Positions 26,183-38,786 of a DNA stretch of 64,000 nt are shown here, one piece after another (position 1 is the stretch's first letter; the number at the start of each line of letters is the position of its first letter). Source of the stretch: Octopus sinensis. Lineage: Eukaryota. A program made the position numbers and the translations under genes. The stretch is from positions 3,162,001-3,226,000 of the forward strand of contig NC_043005.1 in NCBI RefSeq assembly GCF_006345805.1, written 5' to 3'. The notes below the pieces were generated by a model that was not told the origin of the DNA, did not search any database, and saw only the letters and a list, made by a program, of their open reading frames with translations.

Positions 26183-26320
26183 GGACTCTCTGAAGAAGCC
26201 GTGGGGCTCAGCCATTGTCCAATCCCTGTCCAATGTTTGTTCATCCCTGTTTATCTTTGACGTGATGAGGATAACTTGGAAGATTTGGCTGCCTCATGGT
26301 AGAAATGGCTGTAAGAGTTT
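26183..26320 (+). ncRNA. Type I hammerhead ribozyme motif with extended stem II
   Basis: Stem I GGACTCT/AGAGTTT, CTGAAGA 26190-26196, 15-bp stem II (one 2-nt bulge) closing a ~70-nt loop, GAAA 26302-26305, self-complementary ATGGCTGT, GTA ending 26313. Confidence 0.72.
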
Positions 26321-26382
26321 AGTAGTTTTACACTCATCTATTATTCATTTATATATACATATATATATATATTATATATATA

Positions 26383-26428
<46 letters not shown>

Positions 26429-26487
26429 ATATATATATGGCGATTTTTTCCCTCTGTCTTCCCTTCTCTGGATCTTTCCTTCTCCTA

Positions 26488-26524
26488 TGTTTCCGACGAA
26501 GAGCTCCGCTCGAAACGTTAAACC
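26488..26524 (+). ncRNA. Minimal hammerhead motif (GAGC/GCTC family), U4C
   Basis: GTTT-CCGACGA-A-GAGC-TCC-GCTC-GAAAC-GTT-AAAC. Confidence 0.55.
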
Positions 26525-26624
26525 CTCCTTCACCCCTTCTTTCCTGAGCGTCCAATAATACTATATTTGTTCCACGTCCTTGCGTTGTTGTGTTTTTTTT
26601 TTGTGTTTTCTTGTTTGGATTAAC

Positions 26625-26683
<59 letters not shown>

Positions 26684-26920
26684 ATATACATATATATGTT
26701 TACGTGTTTATTGAATTATTTCATTCGCTTACTTGAATCACACATATGTTTGTAATCAATTAATAAATAGACTTAATTGAATGTTTACCAGCGGATGTTG
26801 TCGATTGTTTATCCTCTCCATTTTCTTATTTGCTTTATAAATACGTATAAATACACATCCAGTAATAATTGGATATTAATATCCCTTAGATGGTTTCTTA
26901 ACCTATAACTCATACAGACT

Positions 26921-26971
<51 letters not shown>

Positions 26972-27324
26972 GCTTTAACTGCTTGTAAACTTGTGAAATA
27001 GCATTTTGTATAACTGAGGTCGATCTACAACTAGTGAATGGATTTCGGCAGATGGAAACTGTATCGAAGCCTTTTGGATATATTTGTGAGTGTGTTTGTG
27101 TTTGTGTGTATGTGTCTGTGCGCACGCGCGTTGTCTGTATATATATATATCTCGTAACATATAATTGCCAACCAAGTGTGGCATCCTATACGGAAAAATG
27201 CTGCTGCCGTTTATAGCCCCAGAAAGACATCTCTTCCAGCTGGCCAACGACACACATTCATATATATGGTGCCATTAAGTTAGACATGGCCTGGACCAAT
27301 CTTTGGTCGAATCATATCTAAGTT

Positions 27325-27358
<34 letters not shown>

Positions 27359-27439
27359 ACACATATACACACGTATGTTTACTTCCACAAACAAAATACG
27401 AACAAAAATCTTCGCTTAATATGTGTAAGATCTTGTCAA

Positions 27440-27790
27440 GGTTGGCTTTACCTTCCTTCTGGGGTCGATAAAATAAGTACCAGTTGAATACTGAGGTCGA
27501 TGCATTCGACTTATCTCCTCCCTCGAAATTGCTAACCTTGTGTCAGAATTTAAAGTCAGTATGAGTAAGATGTAAGGCTGTTAGCTGGCAGAATCGTTAG
27601 AATGCCGGGCAAAATGTTTAGCGGCATTTCGCCCGGTTTTACGTTCTGAGTTCAATTTTCGCCGAGGTCGACTTGTGTTTTATCCTTCCGGGGTCGATGA
27701 AATAAATGCCATTCGAGTACAGGGATCAATGTAATTGACTTACTCCTTCTCCCGAAATCCTGGTTTTGTGCCAAAGTTTGGAACCAATAT
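27440..27790 (+). mobile_element. Two SINE family A copies (3' half plus full monomer)
   Basis: Family A motifs. Confidence 0.8.
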
Positions 27791-29954
27791 GTGTAAGATC
27801 TGACAACATTAAAAAAATTATCATGGCTGCTGATATGTCCATTGATTTTTATAGGTTGAGGTGGATGCTTGGTCGTAAATATTGCAGTCGGAAACTAGTG
27901 AACTGAGATGTAATGGAGTTAAATGAAGCTACACAGCTCAAGGCTTTGGTCATCAAGTGCAGCCATTCTGCTGCGTCGCTTCTTTAATATGATGGCTTTA
28001 ACTTCACGTCAAAGACCTCTCTCTAGTGTAGGTACCACAAAACTGTATAGGAGAAACTTCTTTCGATGACGAAAGTTAAACGATAACTCTTACCTTCAGA
28101 TAAGAGATGTTGCTGATTGCTTCAGTGTTTTGAAACTCTCAGATCAATCGAAATACATTGTAGCTTTACATACAATGTTCCATGTTATTGGTTCCTGACT
28201 TTGGGGATACTTTAGGACCAGGATGTATAGTGTTTCTTGTTTTTGACGTAAATGAGGGAAGATGCTGATGGTAATAACCTTTGAAATTTGCTCTCACTAA
28301 GTCCCATGTGACTAATACCTTTCGAAACGGACCCTTGTGATTAATACATTTCTCTTTCGGAGAAACAGAATACTCAGAGTAGACAGATAGTATTATTCCG
28401 ACAGTTACAATTTGGGCAATATCGCGGAGGCTATGTGGATGTATGTTTTCCATTATAGTATGTAATCTGGGAAGCGATGTTTTCTAGGCAAGAATAGCAT
28501 TGTAGCTATCAAAAAGTTTATTGCAACTATTCGTCGCGCACACATAAATAGTAATGAAACATACCTGTGTTCTATTCTGACACGAATCCCCCCACGAGTG
28601 CAAGTTTGATCACACGTGCTCACAGACACACAATACGAACATCAACCCATCCAGGTAACCACAAACTCCAAGAGCTGTCTTGACTTAAACAAAAGAACCT
28701 TGCCCCTTCCTTAGTGGCCGGCTTGAATTCTGCAAAGGAAAAGAAAATTTAAATCCTAAAGGACATACAAGCGCGTACGTACACACACACACACACGCGC
28801 GCGCGCACACACACACACACGCACGTATATTTATAATTTTCTTCTTGCAAAGGTGAAAGGCGCTGATTTTACGATTCAAAGTGTTACATTGGCCAGACAA
28901 GTCGAACACTCTCTCGCAGACTAACTGTACTTATAACATAAAACAATTACACACCACACACCACAAAATACGGCTACATAGAAAAATATTAACAGATAAT
29001 ACCTTCATACTCTAGAATTTTCTTCAGATAAACGTGCGTTTATGGAAGCAATTCTCCTATCACAACACAAGGAGGGAGAGGGGGTTTGTTGGTGTCAGTC
29101 TGTGTACATAAACACTAATCTGTCTTATTCAATTGTAACATCACAACAGCTCAAATGTTCCTCTTATTTCATGGCAGTTTTATTTCTGGTTGATTGTGCT
29201 GGTGGGATATCGGGTTGCTATTAAATCATGGTGCACCAGTCTTAACCAAGAACCTCGACATTACGCTCTTCATCTGTGCCAGTTCCGAATCCACCGCTCG
29301 CCTGCCGATACTATGTCGGTCGACGATGTCCCAAGTATGGAGCGATGTAAATAGTAGTTACGACTCTTAGAAGCAATGGCGGTGAGCAGCCACCACCGTG
29401 AAACAGAACACTGGAAACCATGAAAATCTTGCCGCGAACGCATGACTTTACGACTGAGGAAGTGTGAGGGTCCTAGCAACAATTATATAACAGGAAGATT
29501 AACAGGAAATGGCCACAAACCACCACATTTTGGCCATCGAATCCAATGCCAACACTACAACCCTAAATTACTTCACTGCACCCAATAATTTCTGTTTTCC
29601 TTGAATGACGTTCGCATGCCATAGGGGTGACTCGGTCCTACTTGACCAGTCTCTGGAACGAATCTTTCGCCCGAAATTACGGGCCTAGTTTGCCAAAAAC
29701 TTTTACCTACATTGATGTTATCGACGAGAGGGGTAACCATACATGCTGGAGATCTGCATTGGATGATAGGATACAGATCAGCACAAAAGTTGGGAATCAT
29801 TACGGATGAGAATTTTCGAGGATCGTTTAGAAGGCACTGGACGCTGCCCGAGACGCGACGCCCCACTAATCGACGAGCTAACACAGGACTTCAACGAACC
29901 GGCAAGGGAGCCCTTAAGTTAGCGATCTAAAATAGTAAAAATATTAGCTAAAAA

Positions 29955-30120
29955 TAGTAGAGAATTTGCTTCAAATCGCACCCTTATCATCTTAGAATAG
30001 GTCGCATTGGTCAAGGCAAACCTGAATATACAAAAGGACTGGATGGTCATAGCTGGAACGCCTTTGATCATAGGTCAACCTCATCAAGGCTGGCCTAGGG
30101 TGGGTAAGCTGAACAACCAT
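29955..30120 (+). repeat. Old dispersed repeat family G
   Basis: Shares GGATGGTCATAGCTGGAACGCCTTTGATCAT-like and CTAGAAATAGC-like motifs with 53205-53345 and 61615-61900. Confidence 0.35.
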
Positions 30121-30579
30121 AACACAAGTGTCTGCAAGTCGGTGTGTTTTATATTGTCTTTAGCGTAGCGGTGTTATGGTAGATCTAAAACACTGTATTC
30201 AAGACAACACCAACATTGCACAGGTCACTACCAGCAGCAGCAAAATTTGCTCTACTGAATTCATTGAATGGGAGAGAAAGGTTTTTTTTTTTCTTTCAAA
30301 TCGAGGCATTCTTATTCCTCGATATATTTCTGTCAACGAGAGTCAAATCATCCTGAAATACGACTATTTTCAATAATATTTCATTCAATTCCAATTTCAA
30401 ATTAGAATTTCCAATCCTTACAACTCCCGAATCTTCCAGAAACACAACTGATTTACCAACTTTCACGGTTAATAATTAAATCACATTATAATATCATTAT
30501 TGAATATTTTTAATTAAGGAAATAATGCCTCCGCGATATTTGAGTTTTCCCTCTTTTTCGTCTTTTTTCCTTCGCTTCG

Positions 30580-30611
<32 letters not shown>

Positions 30612-31243
30612 TTCCTTCCTTCCTTCCTCCCTTCCTTCCTTCCTTTCTTCCTTCTTTCCTTCCTTCCTTCCGTTATATTTATAACACTCGATGACAACGA
30701 TCAGAATTAATCTAACCATAAAAACATGAACAAAAAGAAAAAAAGAAAGAAAGAAAGAAAGATGACATTGGTGGGAATTAAAATAGCTGAAAAAAAAAAC
30801 AAAAGCAAAAAAAAACAACCAAAAACCGAAAAATCAAAACCCAAGCAAAAACAAATAAATACATAAAATAAAGTGGAGTAAGAGAGAAGCGTCTTTTATT
30901 ATAAGTTGTTGGACAGACTTTATTGGTATGGCTGGTTTATTATCGGTAACAACTGATCGTTAGTTCTCAATCGATGGCATTAAACCACCGCCATTTTAAC
31001 AATCTACAATAGACACAAATGACAATTATTCGCTATTTTTTCCCATTTTTTTTTTGGTTTTTTTTTTGTGCGTTTTGTTATTTTTTCTTTTACTTATTTT
31101 AGTCGTTAGGTTTTCATAGCTTTTAGAACGTTATGTTTATGATGTGACCTTAAAGACCAACATAAGTATTGTATATACATACATATATACATACATACCT
31201 TGAAGGTGTGTAACTGAGTGTGTATGAAAGTATGTATGTATGC

Positions 31244-31289
<46 letters not shown>

Positions 31290-31539
31290 GTATTAATTTA
31301 TGTATATGTATATGTATGTATGTACGCAGATACAATTCCCATATATATATATATATATGCATACACACATACGCACTTACATGCATATATTCATTGACAT
31401 ACGTGTGCATACACGCATACATATAATGTAAGTGTAACCTATGTTTGCGCATGTGCCAGTGTGTACGTATCCATGTGTGTGTGTGTGTGTGTATACATAC
31501 ATATATACATATATATATATACACACACACACAGAAGTG

Positions 31540-31576
<37 letters not shown>

Positions 31577-31780
31577 GGATATATATATATGGATATATAT
31601 ACATATATATACATATATATATAGATACATATATATTATATACATATATATATATATATACATACATACAGAGAGAGTGAGACGAAGCAAGAGAATGAAA
31701 CAATGACGTTCCGGAAGACAAGATAAAATAGGATCAAATTCTGGTTATAAAGTTGACGTGTCTATGAAATGGAAATATGC

Positions 31781-31815
31781 TACAAACGTTTCAGATGTAA
31801 ACTCCTCTTCAGAAA
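31781..31815 (-). ncRNA. Minimal hammerhead-like motif, intact core but weak stems
   Basis: CTGAAGA-GGA-GTTTACA-TCT-GAAACGTT; stem I not paired. Confidence 0.4.
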
Positions 31816-32439
31816 TTTAGAATGAGAAAAAAAAGGAGAGGAAAAAAACTGAAAAATAAAAGGAAAAAAATCCACGGGTATGTATCACATTAGCATTATT
31901 TAAAAAAAATAACCGGAAGTGAGAAGACAAAAAGAAAGAGTTTCATGCATGGAAGAGCTTCAGAGGAAATATTCCAGAGCGTAACGTGTGTATATGTGTG
32001 TGCGAGTGAGTGTGTGTGCGAGTGAGTGTGTGTGCGAGTGAGTGTGTGTGTGAGTGAGTGTGTAAGTAAGTGTGTATACTAGAGCATTTGTAGATGTCTG
32101 ACTTCTTGACCAGACAGCCATGTCAGCGCTTGTAAAAATGTTGCAAAATTAAAATTTTATGAACTGTCAGTGTGCAAAGGGTATTTGCATTGTAACCATA
32201 GCATATCTCTTCGTTTATGTGTTTTATTAAATATCATAGACAACTGAATAAACTGCAGCATAGCTATCTGTTGATATGCGTTTTATTGGATATAGAAAAC
32301 TGGATAGGCCTTTGACCAATTTAATGTTGAGACGTTCCTGTTGTGTAGAGGAATGTCAACTTGTTATGGGATATATTGTTTTTCCTAAAATAAATAAGAA
32401 ATATCTCCAGGTTAACAGCCACATCTGTAGTAGCCATCA

Positions 32440-33110
32440 TCAACAGAAAAGGCATTGGCCGTAATCTGATAAATAGTGCATACTCTTTATTTCTCTTGAA
32501 ATAGTTTTATCTCCGAATTCTCTCTCTCATCTTGTTCTGCATTATTCTCCATGTCATTCCTATCCAACGACTTCAACAGACAAAACTTACTGCACCAGGT
32601 ATTCTTATTTAAAAGAGATAAATCTAGAGTCTTCCTTCTGTTGAATGGAGCTATGTTATATTGAGTCAAAATCATTTCCAGCAGATCTCCATAGCATATC
32701 TTTATCCCTCTTGGTTCAGTTAACAATAAACTACGCCTTTGCAGCCACACGGGGATTAATCAGATCAATAATGCTGGAGCCATTTAATTTCTCATTTTAT
32801 CTTTCCCTTTTACAAACATTCTGTCTTCCCTTTCTACAAACCTTTGGTATTTCTCTTGCACAAACCTCCAGTCTCTCTTTCCCTCTTTTTCCTTACGTCT
32901 TCTAACACTACAAAACACAATAATTGTATCCCTTTCTTTGATGTCGCCTACTTTACTCTATAAGGATATTTCTTTTCGCGACATTAAATCTTCATATTTA
33001 ATATATGTCGCACCAGCTTCACAACACAACACAAACTGACAGCTTCCATAATAGAATACACCCATTTTTTCGTCTTTGAAAAATGAATTCAGTGATTTTC
33101 CCCCAAATTT
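32440..33110 (-). pseudogene. Highly degenerate LINE (RTE-like APE C-terminal) fragment
   Basis: SLNSFFKD...QFVLC...DIK...RRRK weakly resembles the NTFFK..QIDYVL region. Confidence 0.3.
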
Positions 33111-33147
33111 ATCCTAGATTTCAATGTCATGTAATGTCATTGATTAT

Positions 33148-35034
33148 GAGGTACGAAGGATAAATTCCTGGCAGACAAAATTGTACTTAGAGACTGCAAG
33201 AGGAGGAAAATTAACTTACGGATCTATTATCGTAAGGCATACGATATGATTCCACATTCTTGGATTATGGAATTTATTTGGTATTGCATCGAATGTTGAG
33301 CGGTTGCTTGGAAAAAGTATGGCGAAGTGGAGGGGACGGAACTGATAGCATATGGAAGAAGTTTAGGGACAGTAGAAATCAGGAGGGACATCTTCTAAAG
33401 GGACTGCCCGTCTCCACTGATCTTTGTATTGTGCATGATAACACTAACACTGATTCTGAGGAAAGCAAAGACTGGGTATGTATTCAAAAGCTGCCAACAA
33501 AAAGTCAACCACTTGTTATGAATGACCTCAAACTTTACGGTAAAGATGAATCCTACGTCAGTTCCCTCGTTGATACGGTGCATACTTTCGATGCTGATAT
33601 CAGAATGGAGTTCGGACTTAAAAAGTGTGGTGTGTTAGTCTTGAAGAGAGGCAAAATCAAATGTATGGACGGGCTAACGATACCGTCGATGGAGGTTATG
33701 AAGCAGATAGAAAAGACGGGCTATAAGTAATTGGGGATACTGGAAATGGATAAATTAATGGAGAAAGAAATGACAGAAAAATTGAAGGTGGAGTACTTGT
33801 GCAGACGGAGACTGATACTTAAGTTGAAATTAAACGACTGAAATAAGATTGAACCTGGGCAGTTTCACTCCTTAGATATGGAGCAGGGGTAATCGCATGG
33901 ACAGTAGACGAACTAAACAGCTTAGACAGAAAGACAAGGAAGTTGCTAACTAGATATGGGACACTCCACCCAAAAAGTGACATAGACAGACTGTATGTAC
34001 CAAGAAAAAGAGGGGGAAGAGGACTTATTGGATGCGAACACAGCATTAGAGCAGAAGAAGACAACATAGCATGGTATTTAAAAATGTCACAGAACCGCTA
34101 TTATTAGAAGTAAGAAGATCAGGCTTGTGTAGGATGGAAGATTGCAAAGATAAAGCACTATACAAGAAATTGAGCATGAATGAAACTGAAAATTGGTGGA
34201 TAAAGAAAAGAATGCATGGACAATTTCATAGGGATGTTGAAGATAAGACAGACAGAGAAAAAAGATGGCTGTTGATGACTAAAAGTGATTTAAAACCGGA
34301 AACGGAGGCTCTAATCTGAGCTGCCCAAGAGCAAGCACTAAGAACAAACTACATAAAATACAGAATAGACAAAACATCAGAAAGTGATAAGTGCAGAAAT
34401 TGTGGACAAAATGGTGAAATCGTATGGCATATTACCAGACAATGTACGCCACTAGCCCAGAAGGGATATAAGAGACGCTACGACAATATAGCCAGACTTG
34501 TCCATTGGACACTTTGCAACAAGTATGGACTTGACAGAGCCAAAAAGTGGTACGACCACAAACCTGAACGCATCATCGAAAATGATAATACGAAGATACT
34601 ATGGGATTTTATGATTCAGTGCGACCATGAGATAGAGGATAGGAAGCCAGACATAGTATTAATTGAGAAAGAAAGCAAACGATGCTGGATCATACATATA
34701 GCATGCTCAGCTGACAACAAGGTATGCAATAAGGAAGGCAGAAAAAGTTGATAGATATGACAGGTTAGCTTGAGAGGTTAAACAGCTGTGGTCGTTGAAA
34801 AAGGTGGTAGTAGTACCAATAATTGTCGGAGCCTTGGGAACAGTGAATAAAAAGCTTGAGAAGTACATGGAACAAATAGGGGCTGCAATAAGGGTGGAGC
34901 ACTTGCAGAAAACAGCACTGATTGGAACCGCTCGAATAGTCCGGAAGGTGCTCGAAAAATAAGTGGAGTTAGCTAAGTTCACTGGTAGTGAACAGCTGGC
35001 ACCGGAGTACAGCGTTAGAAGCTGTGCAACGACA
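33148..35034 (+). mobile_element. R4/Dong-like RLE LINE, third lineage, 5'-truncated
   Basis: KAYDMIPHSW, MNDLKLYGK, RLYVPRKRGGRGL, AAQEQALRTNY, CRNCG..EIVWHI..C, RKPDIVLIE, PIIVGALGTV; ends in (AAT)n. Confidence 0.9.
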
Positions 35035-35071
35035 ATAAAATAATAATAATAATGATAATAATAATTATAAT

Positions 35072-35127
<56 letters not shown>

Positions 35128-35129
<2 letters not shown>

Positions 35130-35683
35130 GCCCTGATGCAGTACCAGGCAGTGGCTCTCATGGCTTCTGATCTTAACTGATTGGAAGTGTTATTATGTAC
35201 ATTGTTTTGTCTTGGTATAAAAGATGGGCTACAGCAAATATTCTGCTCAATACCACAGATTTGCTTGTCAGTTGTTTGACTTTAACCAGTTGAGCATGTC
35301 CCTTAGTGGCTGACGATGTGTGCATCTCTGATCACGAGCAGAAGTAGTGGGGGAGCATCATAGCCATGTGTTGAGAGGGATTCTTTGGAGTTTGAATAAT
35401 TCACCTCTGGAAACATGGGTGGTTCTTTCAACATCCTTAAACAACCCTTATTCAGGGACCTTTTGAGCGGGATGGGCAACTCAACCTGAAGAAAATTCTA
35501 ACTGGGCCCCACCTGCAAGGTCATGTGCTGTTTATCTTGATATGAGATCACCATGTCGCGCACATATGGTTGTGATGCATGTGCCTGGTGTACCCTTATC
35601 AGACGGGTAGTCATGATGGGTATATTGGGCTTCGTATATTTCACCCCAGTGTCACTTTGATGGCATGAACTGCTCTCTCACTC
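35128..35683 (+). mobile_element. Family D non-autonomous element, longer 556-bp copy
   Basis: (AAT)n on both sides; homologous to 10542-11006; no ORF or tRNA head recognised. Confidence 0.8.
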
Positions 35684-35713
35684 AATAATAATAATAATAA
35701 TAATAATACTAAT

Positions 35714-35782
<69 letters not shown>

Positions 35783-35786
<4 letters not shown>

Positions 35787-36185
35787 CAAGATAATAGGTA
35801 TTAACACTTTAGCAACAAAATAATAGGTATTAACACTTTAGCCGTCCCAGTTATAAGTTACAGCTACAATATCCTTAACTGGACGCTAAATGAACTGACC
35901 AAAATGGATAGGAAAACAAGAAAAATAATGACAGGATCTAGGATGCATCACCCAAAATCTGACATAGAAAGGTTATATATATATAACGTATAGAAGGTGG
36001 TAGAGGCCTTATACGGCTGGAAAACTACTATAAAATAACTACCATAGGACTGCAAAAATATCTACTTCAGAAGGAAGGAAAACTGATACAAATAGCGGCA
36101 AAACACGAGCAAAACAAAAAAACTGTTCTCAGTATTTAAGGAAGCTGATAAATACAAACAAGAAATCATACCACCTAACAAATAT
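35783..36185 (+). mobile_element. R4/Dong-like LINE internal fragment, same family as 11089-12741
   Basis: High nucleotide identity to ~12050-12430 (reverse complement); ~30-bp duplication at its 5' junction. Confidence 0.9.
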
Positions 36186-36296
36186 GAAGAAGAAGAAGAA
36201 GAAGAAGAAGAAGAAGAAGAAGAAGAAGAAGAAGAAGAAGAAGAAGAAGAAGAAGAAGAAGAAGAAGAAGAAGAAGAAGAAGAAGAAGAAGAAGAA
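36186..36296. repeat. (GAA)n, ~37 units
   Basis: Direct reading. Confidence 0.98.
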
Positions 36297-37112
36297 GGAA
36301 ACGGCTTGGAAGGAAAAAATGTACGGACAGTTTGCAAGAGATAAGAACAGATACAGAAAACCGGTAGCTATGGATGAGGAGGAGGGACGTGAAAATAAAG
36401 AAAGAAGCGCTTATTTGCGCTGCTCAAGAACAAGCGTTAAGGACCAACTTTGTGAAGTGCAGAATAGTCAACACTACTGACAGCGACAAATTCAGAATGG
36501 GAGGTGTGAAGGGTGAAACAGTATGGCATATCGTTAGCGAATGCCCGAAATTGGCACAATGCGAATACGAAAGACATCATGAGAATGTGGTAAGAACGAT
36601 CCATTGGGAGCTCTGTGGAAATCATGGCGGCCTACAAAGAGCAAAGACATGGTAGGAGAAAACTCCAGGAGTCACCAAGAATGAAAATTGCAAAATCCTG
36701 TGGGATGCAATGATCCAGTGCGATCACCTGACCAGAGATCGGAAACCGGATGTTGATGTGGTGAATGAAAAAGAGAGAACATGCATGATAATCGACAGAG
36801 CATGTCCCTATGACAACAGGATCAAAGAGAAAGAAGAAGAAAAACTGAACAACTATGATGATTTGAAGTGGGAAATATGGAGGTTGTGGTCAATGAGGAG
36901 AGTAGACATGGTGCCAGTAGTAACTGGCTCACTTTTTCAGCTTTGATACAAGTGTGAAAGTAGAACATCTAGAAAAGTCATCATTGCTTGGAACTTCAAG
37001 AGTTCTCCGCGGGGTTCTTAAAGTATGATCAGTAAACAAGTGTCACCCTAGTCTGCTGACTGTGGACAGCTGACACTTTCCATCTTACCCAGCAAAATAA
37101 ACTGTGAGTTTT
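36297..37112 (+). mobile_element. R4/Dong-like RLE LINE 3' end, fourth lineage
   Basis: WKEKMYGQF, EALICAAQEQALRTNF, ETVWHIVSECPKL, RKPDVDVVNE..CMIIDRACPYD; ends in (AAC)n. Confidence 0.88.
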
Positions 37113-37145
<33 letters not shown>

Positions 37146-37185
37146 AACAACAACAGCAGTATCAGCAACAGTAATATTAATAATC

Positions 37186-37765
37186 ATTTCTACTATAGGC
37201 ACAAGGTCTGAAATTCCGGGAAGGGGGATAAGTCGACGACATCGACACCAGTGTGTAACTGGTACTTAATTTATCAACCCCGAAAGGATGAAAGGCAAAG
37301 TCGACCTCGGCGGAATTTGAACTCAGAACGTAAAGCCAAACGAAATACTTATTTCTTTACTACTCACAAGGGGCTAAACACAGAGGGGACAAACAAGGAC
37401 AGACAAACGGATTAAGTCGATTATATCGACTCCAGTGCGTAACTGGTACTTATTTAATCGACCCTGAAGGGATGAAAGGCAAGGTCGACCTCGGCGGAAT
37501 TTGAACTCAGAACGTAGAGGCAGACGAAATACTTATTTCTTTACTACCCACAAGGGGCTAAACAGAGAGGACAAACAAAGACAGACAAACGGATTAAGTC
37601 GATTATATCGACACCAGTGCGTAACTGGCACTTAATTTATCGACCCCGAAAGGATGAAAGGCAAAGTCGACCTCGACGGAATTTGAACTCAGAACGCAAC
37701 GGCAGACGAAATACCGCTAAGCATTTCGTCCAGCGTGCTAATGATTTTGCCAGCTTGCTACCTTA
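37186..37765 (-). mobile_element. SINE family A, internal trimer
   Basis: Three body units spaced 184 and 182 bp apart (AGTCGA at 37231, 37415, 37597). Confidence 0.92.
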
Positions 37766-37890
37766 GTAATGATGATGATGATGATGAAGAACAATGGGTA
37801 AAAATAAAAAAGCGTTGGAATATGTTTCTGTTGATAAATATCTTAGTTGTCGCCCCTTGAATGATTTATTTTGGTTTATTTCCTCTTTTA

Positions 37891-38362
37891 TTTACTTGTT
37901 GCAGTCATTTGACTGTGGCCATGCTGCAGCACCGCCTTTAGTCGACTCATTCTTTGTAAGCCTAGTACTTATTCTATCGGTCTCTTTTGGCGAACCGCTA
38001 ATTTACGGGGACGTAAACACACCAGCATCGGGTGTCAAGCGATGTTGGTTGGGGGGGACACAAACACAGACACATATACACAGACACAGAAACATATACA
38101 CATACACATACATACATACGGCGGTGCATCAGCATGGCCGCAGCTCTGAGCTGAAACTAGAAAAAAAAATATATATAAAATATATATATATATATATATA
38201 CGACGGTCTTCTTTCAGTTTCCGTCTACCAAATCCACTCACAAGGCTTTTGTCGGCCCGAGACTATAGTAGAAGACACTTTCCCAAAGTGCCACGCAGTG
38301 GAACTGAACCCGGAACCACACAGCCACTCCTGCTACTTACCACACAGCCACTCCTTCGCCTA
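37891..38362 (-). mobile_element. SINE family B, near full length
   Basis: Reverse complement matches 45072-45477. Confidence 0.85.
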
Positions 38363-38786
38363 TGTCAACGATTCCAGTAAACTGTTGACAATGCTAAATA
38401 TTTTGAAGCTTTCAATGATATGACAATGTTATGGAGCCATATTGTATGGTTCTCCGAATTCTGTACACATCAGACGCATATCAATAAGTTATTGTATGTA
38501 ATTTCTTACAACAAATCCGTAAGATATCATAATTTGGTATTCATCGATCAATGAGCGATATTTTTCATTCTGTCTCTTCTTCTTCGTTGACGCTGGCAAG
38601 GTCTGATGTTATGAAAGATGAGTCTACGCTGCTTATTTTTCTGTCAAGTTAGCAATTCCTAGCGGGGTTTCAAGCAAGCAATAATTTACAAGAGCTGGTC
38701 ATTTATCAGTTTTATTTTACAAAGTGTACAATTTTCTATAACGCCACAAGGAATACAATAAATTGTAGCAAGATTCAAGTCAGTAT

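Noticed and set aside
28094-28453. Minus-strand GTAAGAG donor at ~28093 with an upstream 95-aa ORF
   Set aside because: The ORF stops before the donor, there is no good acceptor in the open frame, and no homology is recognisable.
37186-37765. Regularly spaced repeats resembling a CRISPR array
   Set aside because: The whole ~183-bp unit is repeated with no unique spacers, there are no cas genes, and the context is a eukaryotic SINE.
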